Notes: generated from the letters alone by a model not told the origin. Positions 32,911 to 43,503 are shown, counted from the stretch's first letter. The stretch: 64,000 bases of DNA from Candidatus Lactobacillus pullistercoris (GCA_018883635.1 JAHLFT010000007.1:889-64888); one strand, 5' to 3'. Numbers and translations are program-made.

Positions 32911-33417
32911 ATGTCTAAGAAGAAAAAGAAAGATAAACTTGAAAAAACATTGGTCGAAAAAATTCTCGATCAACAAAAAATAAAATACCGACAGACTTCC
33001 TTTGCGACCCATAAAGATAGTGGTGGGGTTGCACAAATGGATACTTCCATTTTAAAAGACAAACAACCATTAGTCTACAAGACCTTAGTCTGTGAAGGAA
33101 ATAAAACTGGTCCGTTAGTCGGTGTCGTTCCGATTACTGAGCATTTGAGCATGAAAAAATTGGCCAAAATTTCTGGTAACAAAAAATGTGAAATGTTACC
33201 GCTAAAGAAATTACAAAAGACAACTGGCTACGTTCATGGAGCCAACACCCCGATCGGCATCTGGTTTAACCACCACTTACCTATTTATCTTGATGACAGC
33301 ATGAACGGTAAAGATGAAATTGCTGTCTCAAGTGGTGAAGTTGGACGCAGTATTTGGGTCAATCCGCAAGATTTGGCTGCCTTTTGTCACGCTGCGATTA
33401 CCGACTTAAAAGAATAA
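32911..33417 (+). CDS. YbaK/EbsC-family aminoacyl-tRNA deacylase
   Basis: YbaK-like sequence (LEKTLVEKILDQQKIKY...TGYVHGANTPIG). The likely start is MSKKKK at 32911, after GGAGGA. Confidence 0.85.
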   Translation: MSKKKKKDKLEKTLVEKILDQQKIKYRQTSFATHKDSGGVAQMDTSILKDKQPLVYKTLVCEGNKTGPLVGVVPITEHLSMKKLAKISGNKKCEMLPLKKLQKTTGYVHGANTPIGIWFNHHLPIYLDDSMNGKDEIAVSSGEVGRSIWVNPQDLAAFCHAAITDLKE

Positions 33418-33487
33418 AAGCGCTTTCTTATTATCAATTCTGTGTTATAATGTGCACGTAGACCACATATAGAAAATACAGAAGAAG

Positions 33488-33580
33488 ATGATAAGAATGA
33501 ATATTTTTTTAGGTTTGGGAGGCTTTGCAATCGCAATAGTCGCAGTATTACTCATCATGCGAACAGCATTCATTAAGTAA
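33488..33580 (+). CDS. candidate small hydrophobic peptide (27-30 aa)
   Basis: My own translation is MIRMNIFLGLGGFAIAIVAVLLIMRTAFIK. An extended -10 TGTTATAAT lies at 33443-33451 and a strong terminator lies directly downstream. The Shine-Dalgarno is weak. Confidence 0.3.
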   Translation: MIRMNIFLGLGGFAIAIVAVLLIMRTAFIK

Positions 33581-33590
33581 GAAAACAAAC

Positions 33591-33628
33591 AAAAAAGAGA
33601 TTGGAATTGATTTCCAATCTCTTTTTTT
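33591..33628. terminator. bidirectional rho-independent terminator
   Basis: Perfect 11-bp arms agagattggaa / ttccaatctct flanked by A6 and T7 runs. Confidence 0.85.
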
Positions 33629-33630
33629 GC

Positions 33631-34983
33631 TTATAAATCAGCATGACGCCATTTTTGGTCGGTAAGAATCCGGGCTGCTAACAATCCTAGTGGTAAAGCA
33701 GAAACAATCATCAAAGCTTCTACTATCCAGAAAGCACCAACATTAATATTAGTGATTCCGAAATTATAAATAGCGCGGTACATGTAAAGTCCCGGAACCA
33801 TAATAACAATTGAAGGAACAGTCAAGGCAATCCGAGGAAAACCAACTTTCTTTCTGACGATGCTGGCTAATAATCCGGCAAGTAGTGCCCCTAAAAAGGC
33901 GGCAAAAGCTGCCGGCATGTGAGCGTAATCAACTAAACTCAATCGCAAGGTATTGGCAAAAGCACCGATCACAGCAGCCGTAATCGCAATTGACGGCTTG
34001 GAGTTAAACATAATTGAGAAGCCGAAGACACCACAGAAGCTGGCGAGAATTCTTAAACTGGCTAGAAGTGGAATGGCTAAACCAAGTTTAGGCATCGAGC
34101 CCGGTTTCAAACTTAGGATCGTTGCTACACCCCAACCGGCCATCGTTGCAATCAAAATGATTAAAATTGCATAGGTCATTCTTTCAAGCCCTGACCTCAT
34201 GTCTAGTTTTGACATATCCAGACCCGACGTAATAAATGGAAAACCTGGAATCACGAACAACATCGCTCCGATATAGCCATAGGCATGTTCATATTGAATA
34301 TTGAATTCTGCTCTGAGGAAGGTAAAGGCAACGAAGTAACCCAGGCAAGCAAGGGCAACCGCCACCGCAATTTTTGCAATTAAAGTTATTCTTGCCTTGC
34401 CCATTTCTCCGCGAACATAATTACCAATCGCAGCACCGACAAACGCAGAAATAACTTCGGGCCAGCCGCCTCCTAGCAAAAAGATAAAGCCGGCACAGGC
34501 AAGTCCCGATGCTAGACCAGAAATCCAAGTTGGATAAGTACTTTTCAGGCCATTAATTTCATCCAGCCTATTGTTAATTTGCCCTAATGTCCAGTGACCA
34601 TGCCCAGCTTCAAATTGCCTGACAAACTTTTCCATTTCATTCAGCTTAGTCATATTAACGCCGGTTGACGGCAAAGATAGGGTTTGCGAATATGATTGAT
34701 TATCAACACTGAAGCAGGTATATTCAATCGATACTAAACCAATATCGGCTGAACAAGTAATACCAAGAGTCCGGGCGATTGTGTCCATTGAATCACGAAC
34801 ACGCCAGGCACCAGTACCACAGCTAAGAAGCATGATCCCTACTCGACCAACTAAAGAACCTTTCTCAACTAGTGTCGTATCTCTAGCTAAAGTACTATCA
34901 TCACTTTTAAAAAATTCTTCCCAACGGACTCGCATGTGATGGTGATGTGACAATTTTCTTCTTTTACTTGTATCTTCCTTCAT
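33631..34983 (-). CDS. threonine/serine exporter (ThrE) family membrane protein, fused N and C modules
   Basis: 450 aa with about 10 TM segments and a DUF1212-like N-terminal part (ARDTTLVEKGSLVGRVGIMLLSCGTGAWRVRDSM). Confidence 0.8.
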   Translation of the reverse strand: MKEDTSKRRKLSHHHHMRVRWEEFFKSDDSTLARDTTLVEKGSLVGRVGIMLLSCGTGAWRVRDSMDTIARTLGITCSADIGLVSIEYTCFSVDNQSYSQTLSLPSTGVNMTKLNEMEKFVRQFEAGHGHWTLGQINNRLDEINGLKSTYPTWISGLASGLACAGFIFLLGGGWPEVISAFVGAAIGNYVRGEMGKARITLIAKIAVAVALACLGYFVAFTFLRAEFNIQYEHAYGYIGAMLFVIPGFPFITSGLDMSKLDMRSGLERMTYAILIILIATMAGWGVATILSLKPGSMPKLGLAIPLLASLRILASFCGVFGFSIMFNSKPSIAITAAVIGAFANTLRLSLVDYAHMPAAFAAFLGALLAGLLASIVRKKVGFPRIALTVPSIVIMVPGLYMYRAIYNFGITNINVGAFWIVEALMIVSALPLGLLAARILTDQKWRHADL

Positions 34984-35194
34984 TTTTCCTCAGTCTCTAT
35001 TCAAACAAATTTTGCTTAGCCTTATCATTCTAACACACCATGCAAATCTGTTAATTTTCCTTCGTTAATTTGTTATTTAATTTTTGTTATTTATTGATAA
35101 TTTAATATTTTTTCGTGTCAGCGTTATTTATTTATGTAATTCTATATTTATGAATTTAAAAATTTTCCTACAAAGATAATATGAAGGGATAAAA

Positions 35195-36634
35195 ATGAAA
35201 TTCAACAAATTAAGTTTTTTTAATCAAAAACAACGCTTCAGTCTAAGTAAAAAATCATTTGGTTTAGTTACTGTTCTTTTAGGTACAAGCTTTTTCCTAA
35301 TTAATAATCAAGTTGTCAAAGCTGACTCAACTTCAGTAGATCAAGCTAAGACTACTATTACTAATACAAATGATGAGCAAACAAAGTCAAATACAGATAA
35401 TTAAGTAACTAACAGCAACCTTGAGCAAAACACTACTGTTTCGGTCAAAGGAACTGATCAAAATGGTAATGAAACAAGTGAGAAAATCAATGCCAATCAA
35501 GAAAAAGAAATGATGGCTGGTCAAGGCACTGTTAATGTCTATATTGATATGAAGAATTTGAATGAAAACAATAAAACAATTTCTTTCGCTTTTTCTAATG
35601 TCGGTAAAGATCAAAAATTACACTTCAACATTCAAAATTTAGATGCAGGTACAAGTACAGCCTTAGATAATAATTGGGCCATCTCAAATGAAGGTAATGG
35701 TAAATTAGTTACTACTTGGAAAGCAAAAGACTCAGATCCGCAAACTTTAAATTTAACTATTCCTTTAGAAGCAAATCCTAAGGTTGTCAAGGATAAATCC
35801 GTTGTCAAAGTTGGTCTTACAATCACTACTGACAATCAAACGGTTAACTACCCTCTTTTAACTGCTAGAGTTAAGCCTTATGAAGATAAGATTCGTCAGG
35901 ATGAAATTACTAAGTATGATAATTTCCGTCCTTATTTTGATAAATATTTAGTTGCTAATGTAGATCGTAATTCGATTAAGTTTGAGCAAGATGGTACTTT
36001 TTACATTCCAGTAAATGGTAAAGATGATACTTCTTATACTAGTCATGCATACTTTATTCAAATTGATACTTTACTTCCAAAGAATATGACTAAACCTAAT
36101 AAAGGTGACTTTTTATATTCACAATCATTTAAGGGCGATGGCATGACGATTGATAACAGTTACATGCACTTTACAAATCAAATTACTGGTAATAGTACTA
36201 GTCAGCCGACTAACCCGCAACCAACAAAACCTCAACCTACCACACCAGTAAGTCCAACAACTCCTGAACCAGTTATACCAATAACTCCCGTTCCGGAACC
36301 TGTTCAACCTACTGACAACTCAACCACTCCTACCCCAGAAGAAAACATTCGCCCTCACAAACAAAAAAATCACGATGAAGACGAAATTTCTGAAAAGGTA
36401 ACTAACAATAAAAAGGCAGTTAATAAGGAAGAAAATAGTAATAGTAACGTTAGACCGCTTGCTACGAAAGAAGAAAAACAAGCAGTTCGAGTTCATCAAG
36501 CAGTTGCCAAAAGCGAAGAAAAGAATCAATTGCCAGCAACTAATGGAAAGAACAATAAATTAGGTTTGATTGGCCTGGTTTTAGCAGCTTTAAGTTTGGG
36601 CACAATCATTATTGATAAGAAAGAAAAAGAATAA
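35195..36634 (+). pseudogene. cell-surface protein with YSIRK-like signal and LPXTG-like anchor, interrupted by in-frame TAA
   Basis: ORFs 35195-35404 and 35510-36634 are in the same frame. The 35 codons between them are open, so the only interruption is TAA at 35402-35404. Signal QRFSLSKKSFGLVTVLLG. C-terminal LPATN (36530-36544), then a hydrophobic segment and KKEKE. Confidence 0.8.
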
Positions 36635-36665
36635 TAGGAATTAAAATTAAAAGAAAATCTTACGA

Positions 36666-36698
36666 CAAAAAAGGAAGTCCGCTAAGACTTCCTTTTTC
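36666..36698. terminator. bidirectional terminator
   Basis: aggaagtc / gacttcct stem flanked by A and T runs. Confidence 0.75.
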
Positions 36699-36712
36699 TA
36701 TTCTCTTTTTAT

Positions 36713-37507
36713 CTATACCAGTTTCTCTTCATGCAAGAACTTCATGATTAATTCATGTGTCTTCTTCGGACGTTCAGCCTGAACCAAATGCCCACAATTA
36801 TCAATTACTTCTGTCTTAATTTCTGGATTAATTTTCTTAATTGCATCAGTGAAATGATAATTAAAGTATGGTGATTGCTTCCCTGCTATCACTAACATCG
36901 GAACTGGCGCATATTTCAACACATCTCGCCAATCTTGTTCCGCATGATCGACCAAGCATTTGTAATTTTGATCTGGATCATATGGATAGCGCTCATTTTC
37001 AAGCTTAGCTTGATAAAACATGTCATCATCCATATTCGTATAAGTCGGCTTACCAAACGCACGCCGTAAATAATCAGGATAATTCATCCAGGATAAATCT
37101 TTAAATCCATAGTGCCAGCCCCGGCCAGCAATCATCACTGGCGATTGATCGAGATCAATCATTGCAGCCAAGCGGCCTTTGCCATATAAAGAAAGATATG
37201 ACCATAAAGTTGCAGCACCCATTGAATTGCCAATCCCAATTACATCAGTTAATTCCAATTCTCGCAATAATTCCTCGATATCGCTGCCGTGCCGGCTGAT
37301 ACGTTCACCCTTGTCCGTGCGTTCACTTTTTCCTTGATTACGCGGATCAATCAGAACCACACGATAAACTGGCCGCAACAACTGAATAAAATCATGCCAA
37401 AATGCACTGCGACTGCCAAGTCCGGGAACGCAGAGCACAGCCCGTTTATTCTTTTCACCAGTATCAGTATAATTTAAAGTAACATTATCACTTGTGACAA
37501 ATTTCAT
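36713..37507 (-). CDS. alpha/beta-fold hydrolase
   Basis: Nucleophile elbow GNSMGA and a C-terminal CGH catalytic His region. 264 aa. Confidence 0.8.
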   Translation of the reverse strand: MKFVTSDNVTLNYTDTGEKNKRAVLCVPGLGSRSAFWHDFIQLLRPVYRVVLIDPRNQGKSERTDKGERISRHGSDIEELLRELELTDVIGIGNSMGAATLWSYLSLYGKGRLAAMIDLDQSPVMIAGRGWHYGFKDLSWMNYPDYLRRAFGKPTYTNMDDDMFYQAKLENERYPYDPDQNYKCLVDHAEQDWRDVLKYAPVPMLVIAGKQSPYFNYHFTDAIKKINPEIKTEVIDNCGHLVQAERPKKTHELIMKFLHEEKLV

Positions 37508-37513
37508 TTATTA

Positions 37514-38443
37514 TCAGTCCAATTTCACAGTTTCTAATACTTCCTGCATCTTGTTGGCTGAATTAAGCATCTTTTCTTGTTCTGCATCTGATAGTTTAGC
37601 TTCGATAACATACTTAATCCCTTGACCATCAATAACTGCAGGTGTTCCTAAATAAAGATCATGTTTAATGCCATATTCGCCCGTAATCGGAGCTGAAAGT
37701 GGCAATTCAATGGCGCGATTATCTAAAATAGCAGAAACGATTTGCGTTAACATCATTGCTACACCATAGAAAGTTGCACCTTTGTTCGCAATTATTTTAC
37801 CACCTTTTTTACGGATATTGATTTCAATTGCATCGAGAGTCTCTTGATCAAGTTCCTCATATGATCTCAATGGCTTGTGGTCGATAGTTGATTCGTCAAA
37901 GTTTTCAAATGAAGTATCACCGTGTTCACCAAGCACCATTGAGTTAACCTTAGTTACCGGAACATTTAACCGTTTAGCAAGTTCAACGCGTAAACGCATG
38001 GAATCAAGTGAGGTACCTGTTCCGATAACTTTATTCTTAGGAAAACCGGAAAGTTTTTGGGTCAAAGTAGTCAAGATATCAACTGGGTTTGCGGAAACAA
38101 CAAAGATACCTTTAAAGCCTGAGTCAACTACTGGTTTGACAATACTTTCAAGAATTTTGACATTTTTAGCAACTAAGTCAAGACGAGTTTCGCCGGGCTT
38201 TCTTGGCACACCAGCAGTAATTACACAAACATCAGCATCGGTTGCATCACTATAATGACCGGAATGGATATCTGTTTGGCCCATAAATGGTGTAATGTCT
38301 TCAAGATCCATTGAATCACCGACAGGGCGCTTTTCTGCAACATCACAGATCACCAATTCTTTAACATTACAGTTTTGCAATAAATCGTTTGCAAAAGTAG
38401 AACCAACAGAACCATCACCAACAAGTAAAACTTTTCTATTCAT
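37514..38443 (-). CDS. ldh: L-lactate (L-2-hydroxyacid) dehydrogenase
   Basis: NAD-binding GDGSVGS, the DVCVITAGVPRKPGETRLDL motif and catalytic GEHGD. Confidence 0.92.
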   Translation of the reverse strand: MNRKVLLVGDGSVGSTFANDLLQNCNVKELVICDVAEKRPVGDSMDLEDITPFMGQTDIHSGHYSDATDADVCVITAGVPRKPGETRLDLVAKNVKILESIVKPVVDSGFKGIFVVSANPVDILTTLTQKLSGFPKNKVIGTGTSLDSMRLRVELAKRLNVPVTKVNSMVLGEHGDTSFENFDESTIDHKPLRSYEELDQETLDAIEINIRKKGGKIIANKGATFYGVAMMLTQIVSAILDNRAIELPLSAPITGEYGIKHDLYLGTPAVIDGQGIKYVIEAKLSDAEQEKMLNSANKMQEVLETVKLD

Positions 38444-38540
38444 AGTTAATCCTTCTTATATAAAAATAACATCTTTCAACATTTACAGTTTAATTATACA
38501 ACAAGCGCTTTCATTAGTATATTATTACCGAAAGATAATT

Positions 38541-38570
38541 AAAAAGGCGTTCCGTTTGGGAGCGCCTTTT
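38541..38570 (-). terminator. rho-independent terminator downstream of ldh pseudogene
   Basis: GC-rich stem gcgttcc / gggagcgc flanked by a T-run on the minus strand. Confidence 0.7.
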
Positions 38571-38782
38571 AGATCATTAGTTTTAGGTTTTTAAATTTCA
38601 TCAAACCAGGATTTTCTAAATAAAACATAGTACGTTGTTCTTCTATGATTTATTTAGAAATCTCTATTCATATATTTATATCGTTATAGTTTAATTATTA
38701 TCCTTCAATTAGGAGACAAAAGTGATCAACGCTCTTCAACGTCGATCACTTAAAATGCTTGCTAAAAACTAATTTTCAAAAA

Positions 38783-39707
38783 TCAAAGTTCAATACCGTC
38801 CAAAACTTCTTGCATCTTATCAGCTGAGTTAATCATCTTAGAATGTTCAACTTCAGAAATCTTGGTTTCAATAATCTTTTCAATACCTTGACCATTAATC
38901 ACGGCTGGGGTACCTAAGTAAAGATCATGCTTGATGCCATATTCACATTAATTGGAGCTGATAATGGCAAGCAAATTGAACGGTTGTCTAAAACTGCACT
39001 GACAATTTGGGTAAGCATCATGGCAACACCGTAGAGTGTAGCACCCTTGTTAGCAATAATCTTGCAGCCCTTCTTGCGGACATCAGTTTCAATTTCTGCT
39101 AAAACATCGTCATTAATTTCTGAGTAATCACGCAATGCCTTGCCATCAACGATTGATTCGTCAAAGTTTTCAAAACTGGTATCGCCGTCTTCATCTAAAA
39201 CCATTGAGTTAACCTTGGCAACTGGAACATTAAGCTTCTTAGCAAGTTCAACACGTAAACGCATTGAGTCAAGTGAAGTATCAGTCCAATGACACGTTTC
39301 TTAGGGAAACCAGACAACTTTTGGGTTAAGGTAGTCAAAATGTCAACTGGATTATCTGAAACAACGAAGACGCCCTTAAAGCCTGAGTCAACAAATGGTT
39401 GAACTATGCTCTTCAAAATCTTCACGTTCTTAGCAACCAAGTCAAGTCTAGTTTCACCTTGTTTTCTTGGCACACCAGCAGTAATTACACAGACATCAGC
39501 ATCTTTGTCATCGCTGTAATCAGCTGGATGAATATCGGTTTGACCCATAAATGGATTAATATCTTCTAAGTCCATTGAGTCACCAACAGGACGATTCTTA
39601 GCAACGTCGAAAATTGCTAATTCATCAACAGTCACATTTTGCAATAAGTCATTTGCAAAAGTTGAACCTACAGCACCATCACCAACAAGAAATACTTTTC
39701 TACTCAT
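38783..39707 (-). pseudogene. L-lactate dehydrogenase paralog with two 1-nt deletions
   Basis: Three ORF pieces align colinearly with the intact neighbour: 39195-39707, 38914-39264 and a tail ending at the TGA at 38783-38785. Single-base deletions lie near 39285 (VIGTGTSLDS region) and near 38948 (SAPITGEYG region). Confidence 0.85.
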
Positions 39708-39767
39708 AAGTTAAATTAGTCCATTCAAAATAAAATTAAGAGTTTTATCTATACTAATCCTTTATAC

Positions 39768-39781
39768 ACTAAGCGCTTACA
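39768..39781. promoter_or_regulatory. cre-like box upstream of ldh pseudogene
   Basis: ACTAAGCGCTTACA matches TGWAANCGNTNWCA at 12 of 14 positions. Confidence 0.4.
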
Positions 39782-39818
39782 TTAGACATCATTTATTTAA
39801 TGATCATCTGTTCTTAAG

Positions 39819-39842
39819 TAAAAAGACGACTTGCGTCGCCTT
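39819..39842 (-). terminator. putative terminator after fumarate reductase gene
   Basis: Short GC stem gacgac / gtcgcc with a T-run on the minus strand. Confidence 0.5.
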
Positions 39843-39846
39843 TTTA

Positions 39847-41241
39847 TTATTTGCCTTCACGCACAAGCCTAGCTATTTGCATCCCTGCCTGACGACCAAA
39901 AATCACAGTTTCTGCAATCGAGTTACCACCAATTCGGTTATTTCCATGAAGACCACCAGAAACTTCACCCGCAGCAAACAGACCTCTAATTACATTGCCG
40001 TTGCCATCAAGCACTTCAGTTTCAGGATTAATATGAATACCACCCATTGTGTAGTGAATTGCTGGGTGAACATGAATTGCAAAGTATGGTCCAGTAGTAA
40101 TGCCGCGGTCCATTCCTGTCGTTCTGCCGAATTCAGTATCGTCACCTTTTTCAACATCTTCATTCCACTTAGCAACTGTCGCCTTCAAGCCTGCAGCATC
40201 AACACCGATTTTCTTAGCAAGATCTTCTAAGCTGTCGCCGTGTTCAACTAAGCCAACATGATCGTAGAATTCAATTGCCTTGAAGTGGTCACGAATACCT
40301 TGATCCAAAATAAGGTAGGCACCATCTTCATTTAATGCGGTAATTGCGTTGGACACAATCTTACGAGTGTTCAATTCATTAACAAAACGCTTACCCGCCT
40401 TATTAACCAAAATCGCACCTTCACCGCGGACACCTTCACCGATTAAGAAGGTATGATCAGTATCAGTTTGAGCAGTTGGATGAACCTGAATGAAGTTCAT
40501 TTGCATCAATTGCGCACCAACTTTTTCAGCTAACTTCAAACCGTCACCAGTTGCTCCTTCTTGGTTAGTGGTCTTGTAGTCAGCCAAGTCAGGACGATAC
40601 TTCTTGATAATATCCTTAGAAGCACCGAAACCACCACTGGCAAGTAAGACAGCTTTAGCCTTCACCGCCTTTTCACCCTCACTAGTAGCAACCTTGACGC
40701 CATCGATTGCGCCGTTATCTTGCAAAAGTTCAGTTACCTTAAATTCATTGAAGACGGGAATTTCTTCTTTTTGAATTTGCTTCAATAAACCAGTTACAAG
40801 GTACCCCCCAACAGGTGCCATTGAGGCAGGACGGTGAGCACGCTTTTTACTCATACCACCAGTAATAGTCAAATCAGTCAATTCAATGTCATGTTCCATG
40901 AGCCAGGAAATGGCAATTGCGGAATGATCAACAAAGTATCTAAGCATGTCGCGATCGTTTAATAAACCGCCACCCTTTAAAGTTTCCTTATAAAAGTCTT
41001 CCTTATTATCAATGATTCCTTCATTTAATTGCACTAAACTTTCTGAAGCATTCATCCCGGAAGATGCTCGATTTGTGTTACCACCTAAGCCCTTGTTCTT
41101 TTCAAAGACGGCAACCTTAAGGTCGAGTTCGTGAGCTTGCAAAGCTGCAGTCAAACCGGTACCACCAGAACCAACTACAACTAAGTCATATTGATCTTTT
41201 AATTCATCTATCTTATTTGGTGTAAAAACAAACTTATTCAT
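39847..41241 (-). CDS. soluble FAD-dependent fumarate reductase flavoprotein
   Basis: FAD-binding VVGSGGTGLTAA and the flavocytochrome-c-type succinate dehydrogenase/fumarate reductase motifs (HPTA, HYTMGG, GLFAAGE). Confidence 0.9.
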   Translation of the reverse strand: MNKFVFTPNKIDELKDQYDLVVVGSGGTGLTAALQAHELDLKVAVFEKNKGLGGNTNRASSGMNASESLVQLNEGIIDNKEDFYKETLKGGGLLNDRDMLRYFVDHSAIAISWLMEHDIELTDLTITGGMSKKRAHRPASMAPVGGYLVTGLLKQIQKEEIPVFNEFKVTELLQDNGAIDGVKVATSEGEKAVKAKAVLLASGGFGASKDIIKKYRPDLADYKTTNQEGATGDGLKLAEKVGAQLMQMNFIQVHPTAQTDTDHTFLIGEGVRGEGAILVNKAGKRFVNELNTRKIVSNAITALNEDGAYLILDQGIRDHFKAIEFYDHVGLVEHGDSLEDLAKKIGVDAAGLKATVAKWNEDVEKGDDTEFGRTTGMDRGITTGPYFAIHVHPAIHYTMGGIHINPETEVLDGNGNVIRGLFAAGEVSGGLHGNNRIGGNSIAETVIFGRQAGMQIARLVREGK

Positions 41242-41249
41242 TTTTTCTC

Positions 41250-42653
41250 CTATTTTTCTGGTTGATTATGATCAACATTGGTCATTTGCATATAATCCAT
41301 CCACTCATCATATTGTTCAGGAGTAACTTTGCCGCTTTTCAAGGCAGCTTCACGTAAAGTTGTACCTTCTTTTTCAGCGGTTTGCGCAATCTTAGCAGCA
41401 TCGTGATAACCAATGTGGGGTGATAATGCAGTAACCGTCATTAATGAATTCTCTAATAATTCATCCATTCTTTCTTCATTAATCGTCAAGCCATGGATCA
41501 TCTTGTCAGCAAAGCCCATGATTGTACCAGTTAAAATATTACATGAATCAAGGAAAGCAGCGATTAACACTGTCTTGAAAACATTCATTTCAAAGTTACC
41601 TTGTGAGCAGGCAAAGGTAATGGTTGTGTCATTACCAAAGACCTTGGCTACGGCCATTGTCACCGCTTCAGCCTGAGTTGGGTTAACCTTACCTGGCATG
41701 ATTGAAGAACCTGGTTCATTAGCAGGAATATGTAATTCACCATAACCCGCACGCGGACCGGAAGCAAGCATACGAATATCCTGGGCAATCTTGAACATAT
41801 CAGCTGCCAAAGTCTTAAGAGCACCGTGGACAACATCTAAGCCGGAGTGGTGAGCCAAACCCCAGAATTTGTTTGTCTTGACCTTAAATTCATGGCCATA
41901 TACTTCAGATAACTTACCGGCAATTTTTTCAGTCATACCTGGAGCAGCGTTCAAGCCAGTACCAACGGCGGTTCCGCCAATTGCTAATTCATATAATGTC
42001 GGTTTTAATTCTTTAATATATGACAAGTCGTGTTTCAAGGCTGCGATATACCCTGATAGTTCTTGTCCAAAAGTTAACGGCGTTGCGTCTTGCAAGTGTG
42101 TCCGACCAACCTTTACTGTCTTCCAGTACTTCTTTTCTTTGACTACCAATTCATCAATCAAGTGTTTAATCGCTGGCTCCAATTTATCAATCGCCTCAAT
42201 AGCAACGATGTTCATTACCGTTGGGTAAGTATCATTTGAAGATTGACCACGGTTGACATCATCGTTAGGCAAAATATTTAATCCGGGATGCAACTTGTTG
42301 GCTAAATTAGCGACTACTTCGTTGACGTTCATGTTACTTTGCGTACCTGAACCAGTTTGCAAAACATGAAGTGGGAAATCTTTTCTAAGTTCGGTATCAC
42401 TTAAAGCCAAAAGATGATCGATCGCATCTTCAATAGCGCTACCTTTTTCCTTACTTTCATCCCCGACTTCGATATTTGATTCAGCTGCTGCTTTTTTCAA
42501 ATGTAAGAAGGCTCTGATAATTGTCAATGGCATTAATTCGCCGCTTGGAAAATTATGGCGACTTCTTTCGGTTTGTGGGCCCCACAATGCATCCTTAGGG
42601 ATCTTGACAGGGCCAATTGTGTCACTTTCAATCCGGTATTGATCTTCAGTCAT
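41250..42653 (-). CDS. fumC: class II fumarate hydratase
   Basis: Signature GSSIMPGKVNPTQ, 467 aa. Confidence 0.96.
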   Translation of the reverse strand: MTEDQYRIESDTIGPVKIPKDALWGPQTERSRHNFPSGELMPLTIIRAFLHLKKAAAESNIEVGDESKEKGSAIEDAIDHLLALSDTELRKDFPLHVLQTGSGTQSNMNVNEVVANLANKLHPGLNILPNDDVNRGQSSNDTYPTVMNIVAIEAIDKLEPAIKHLIDELVVKEKKYWKTVKVGRTHLQDATPLTFGQELSGYIAALKHDLSYIKELKPTLYELAIGGTAVGTGLNAAPGMTEKIAGKLSEVYGHEFKVKTNKFWGLAHHSGLDVVHGALKTLAADMFKIAQDIRMLASGPRAGYGELHIPANEPGSSIMPGKVNPTQAEAVTMAVAKVFGNDTTITFACSQGNFEMNVFKTVLIAAFLDSCNILTGTIMGFADKMIHGLTINEERMDELLENSLMTVTALSPHIGYHDAAKIAQTAEKEGTTLREAALKSGKVTPEQYDEWMDYMQMTNVDHNQPEK

Positions 42654-42801
42654 TTCGCATGCTCCTTACTATTATAAATAAGAATTTATCTTCATTTTTA
42701 TAATACCTGTTTAATAGATTGAGAACAATTATTTTTAAACAAAAAAAGTGCCTGAAATTTTAATTTTTCAAACACTTTTCTTCCTATATTTAATTATTTG
42801 C

Positions 42802-43503
42802 TTAACGATTTTGGTGGTTTAATTTTTTTGCAAAAGTATCACCAACAACTTGGACGATGAAGATCAAAATAACAACTAACAAGGTAGCAACCCAGGTCAC
42901 ATCATTATTGAAGCGGTTGTAACCATAAGAAATGGCGGTGTTACCGAGTCCGCCGGCACCTACCGCACCAGCCATTGCTGTTAAACCAATCAGAGAAATA
43001 ATGGTTACGGTTGAGACACGGATCAATTCTGAACGTGATTCACGCAAGTAGACGTCAAAGATAATGTCTTGAGTAGTTGCACCTAAACTTTGAGCTGCTT
43101 CAATTTTTCCAGCTTCGACACTTTCTAGAGCGACTTGCACTTGCCGTGCATAAAATGGAAACACACCTAAAGTTAAGGGCACAAGTGCAGCCTTCATTCC
43201 GATCTGGGTTCCCACAATTTTTTGCGTAACGGGAGCGATGAAAGCAAGCAAAATAACGAACGGAATTGCGCGGAAAATCGACACTAATTTATCGCAGAAG
43301 TTGAACCAAAACTTATTTTGCTTAATTCCGCCTTCTTTAGTTAAAACCAAGATAATGCCGAAGATAATGCCGAGCACGCCACCGAAGATTGCGGACCAAA
43401 AAGTCATGAATAAAGTTTGGAAAATACTTGTCCCCCAACCGGCATCCCCGGTCCAACCTAACTGAAAAACATTCGGTAATAATTTTTCAAGCCAATTAAT
43501 CAT
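42802..43503 (-). CDS. metI: methionine ABC transporter permease
   Basis: MetI-like 5-TM permease. The likely start is MINWLEK at 43503, overlapping the metN stop by 8 nt. Confidence 0.9.
   Translation of the reverse strand: MINWLEKLLPNVFQLGWTGDAGWGTSIFQTLFMTFWSAIFGGVLGIIFGIILVLTKEGGIKQNKFWFNFCDKLVSIFRAIPFVILLAFIAPVTQKIVGTQIGMKAALVPLTLGVFPFYARQVQVALESVEAGKIEAAQSLGATTQDIIFDVYLRESRSELIRVSTVTIISLIGLTAMAGAVGAGGLGNTAISYGYNRFNNDVTWVATLLVVILIFIVQVVGDTFAKKLNHQNR

Noticed and set aside
38613-38660. Perfect 12-bp inverted repeat TTTCTAAATAAA ... TTTATTTAGAAA with a 24-nt spacer, between the ldh pseudogene and its terminator.
   Set aside because: The arms are entirely A/T in an AT-rich intergenic region. 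The predicted hairpin is weak, there is no second copy in the window and it matches no known operator consensus. It could be chance.
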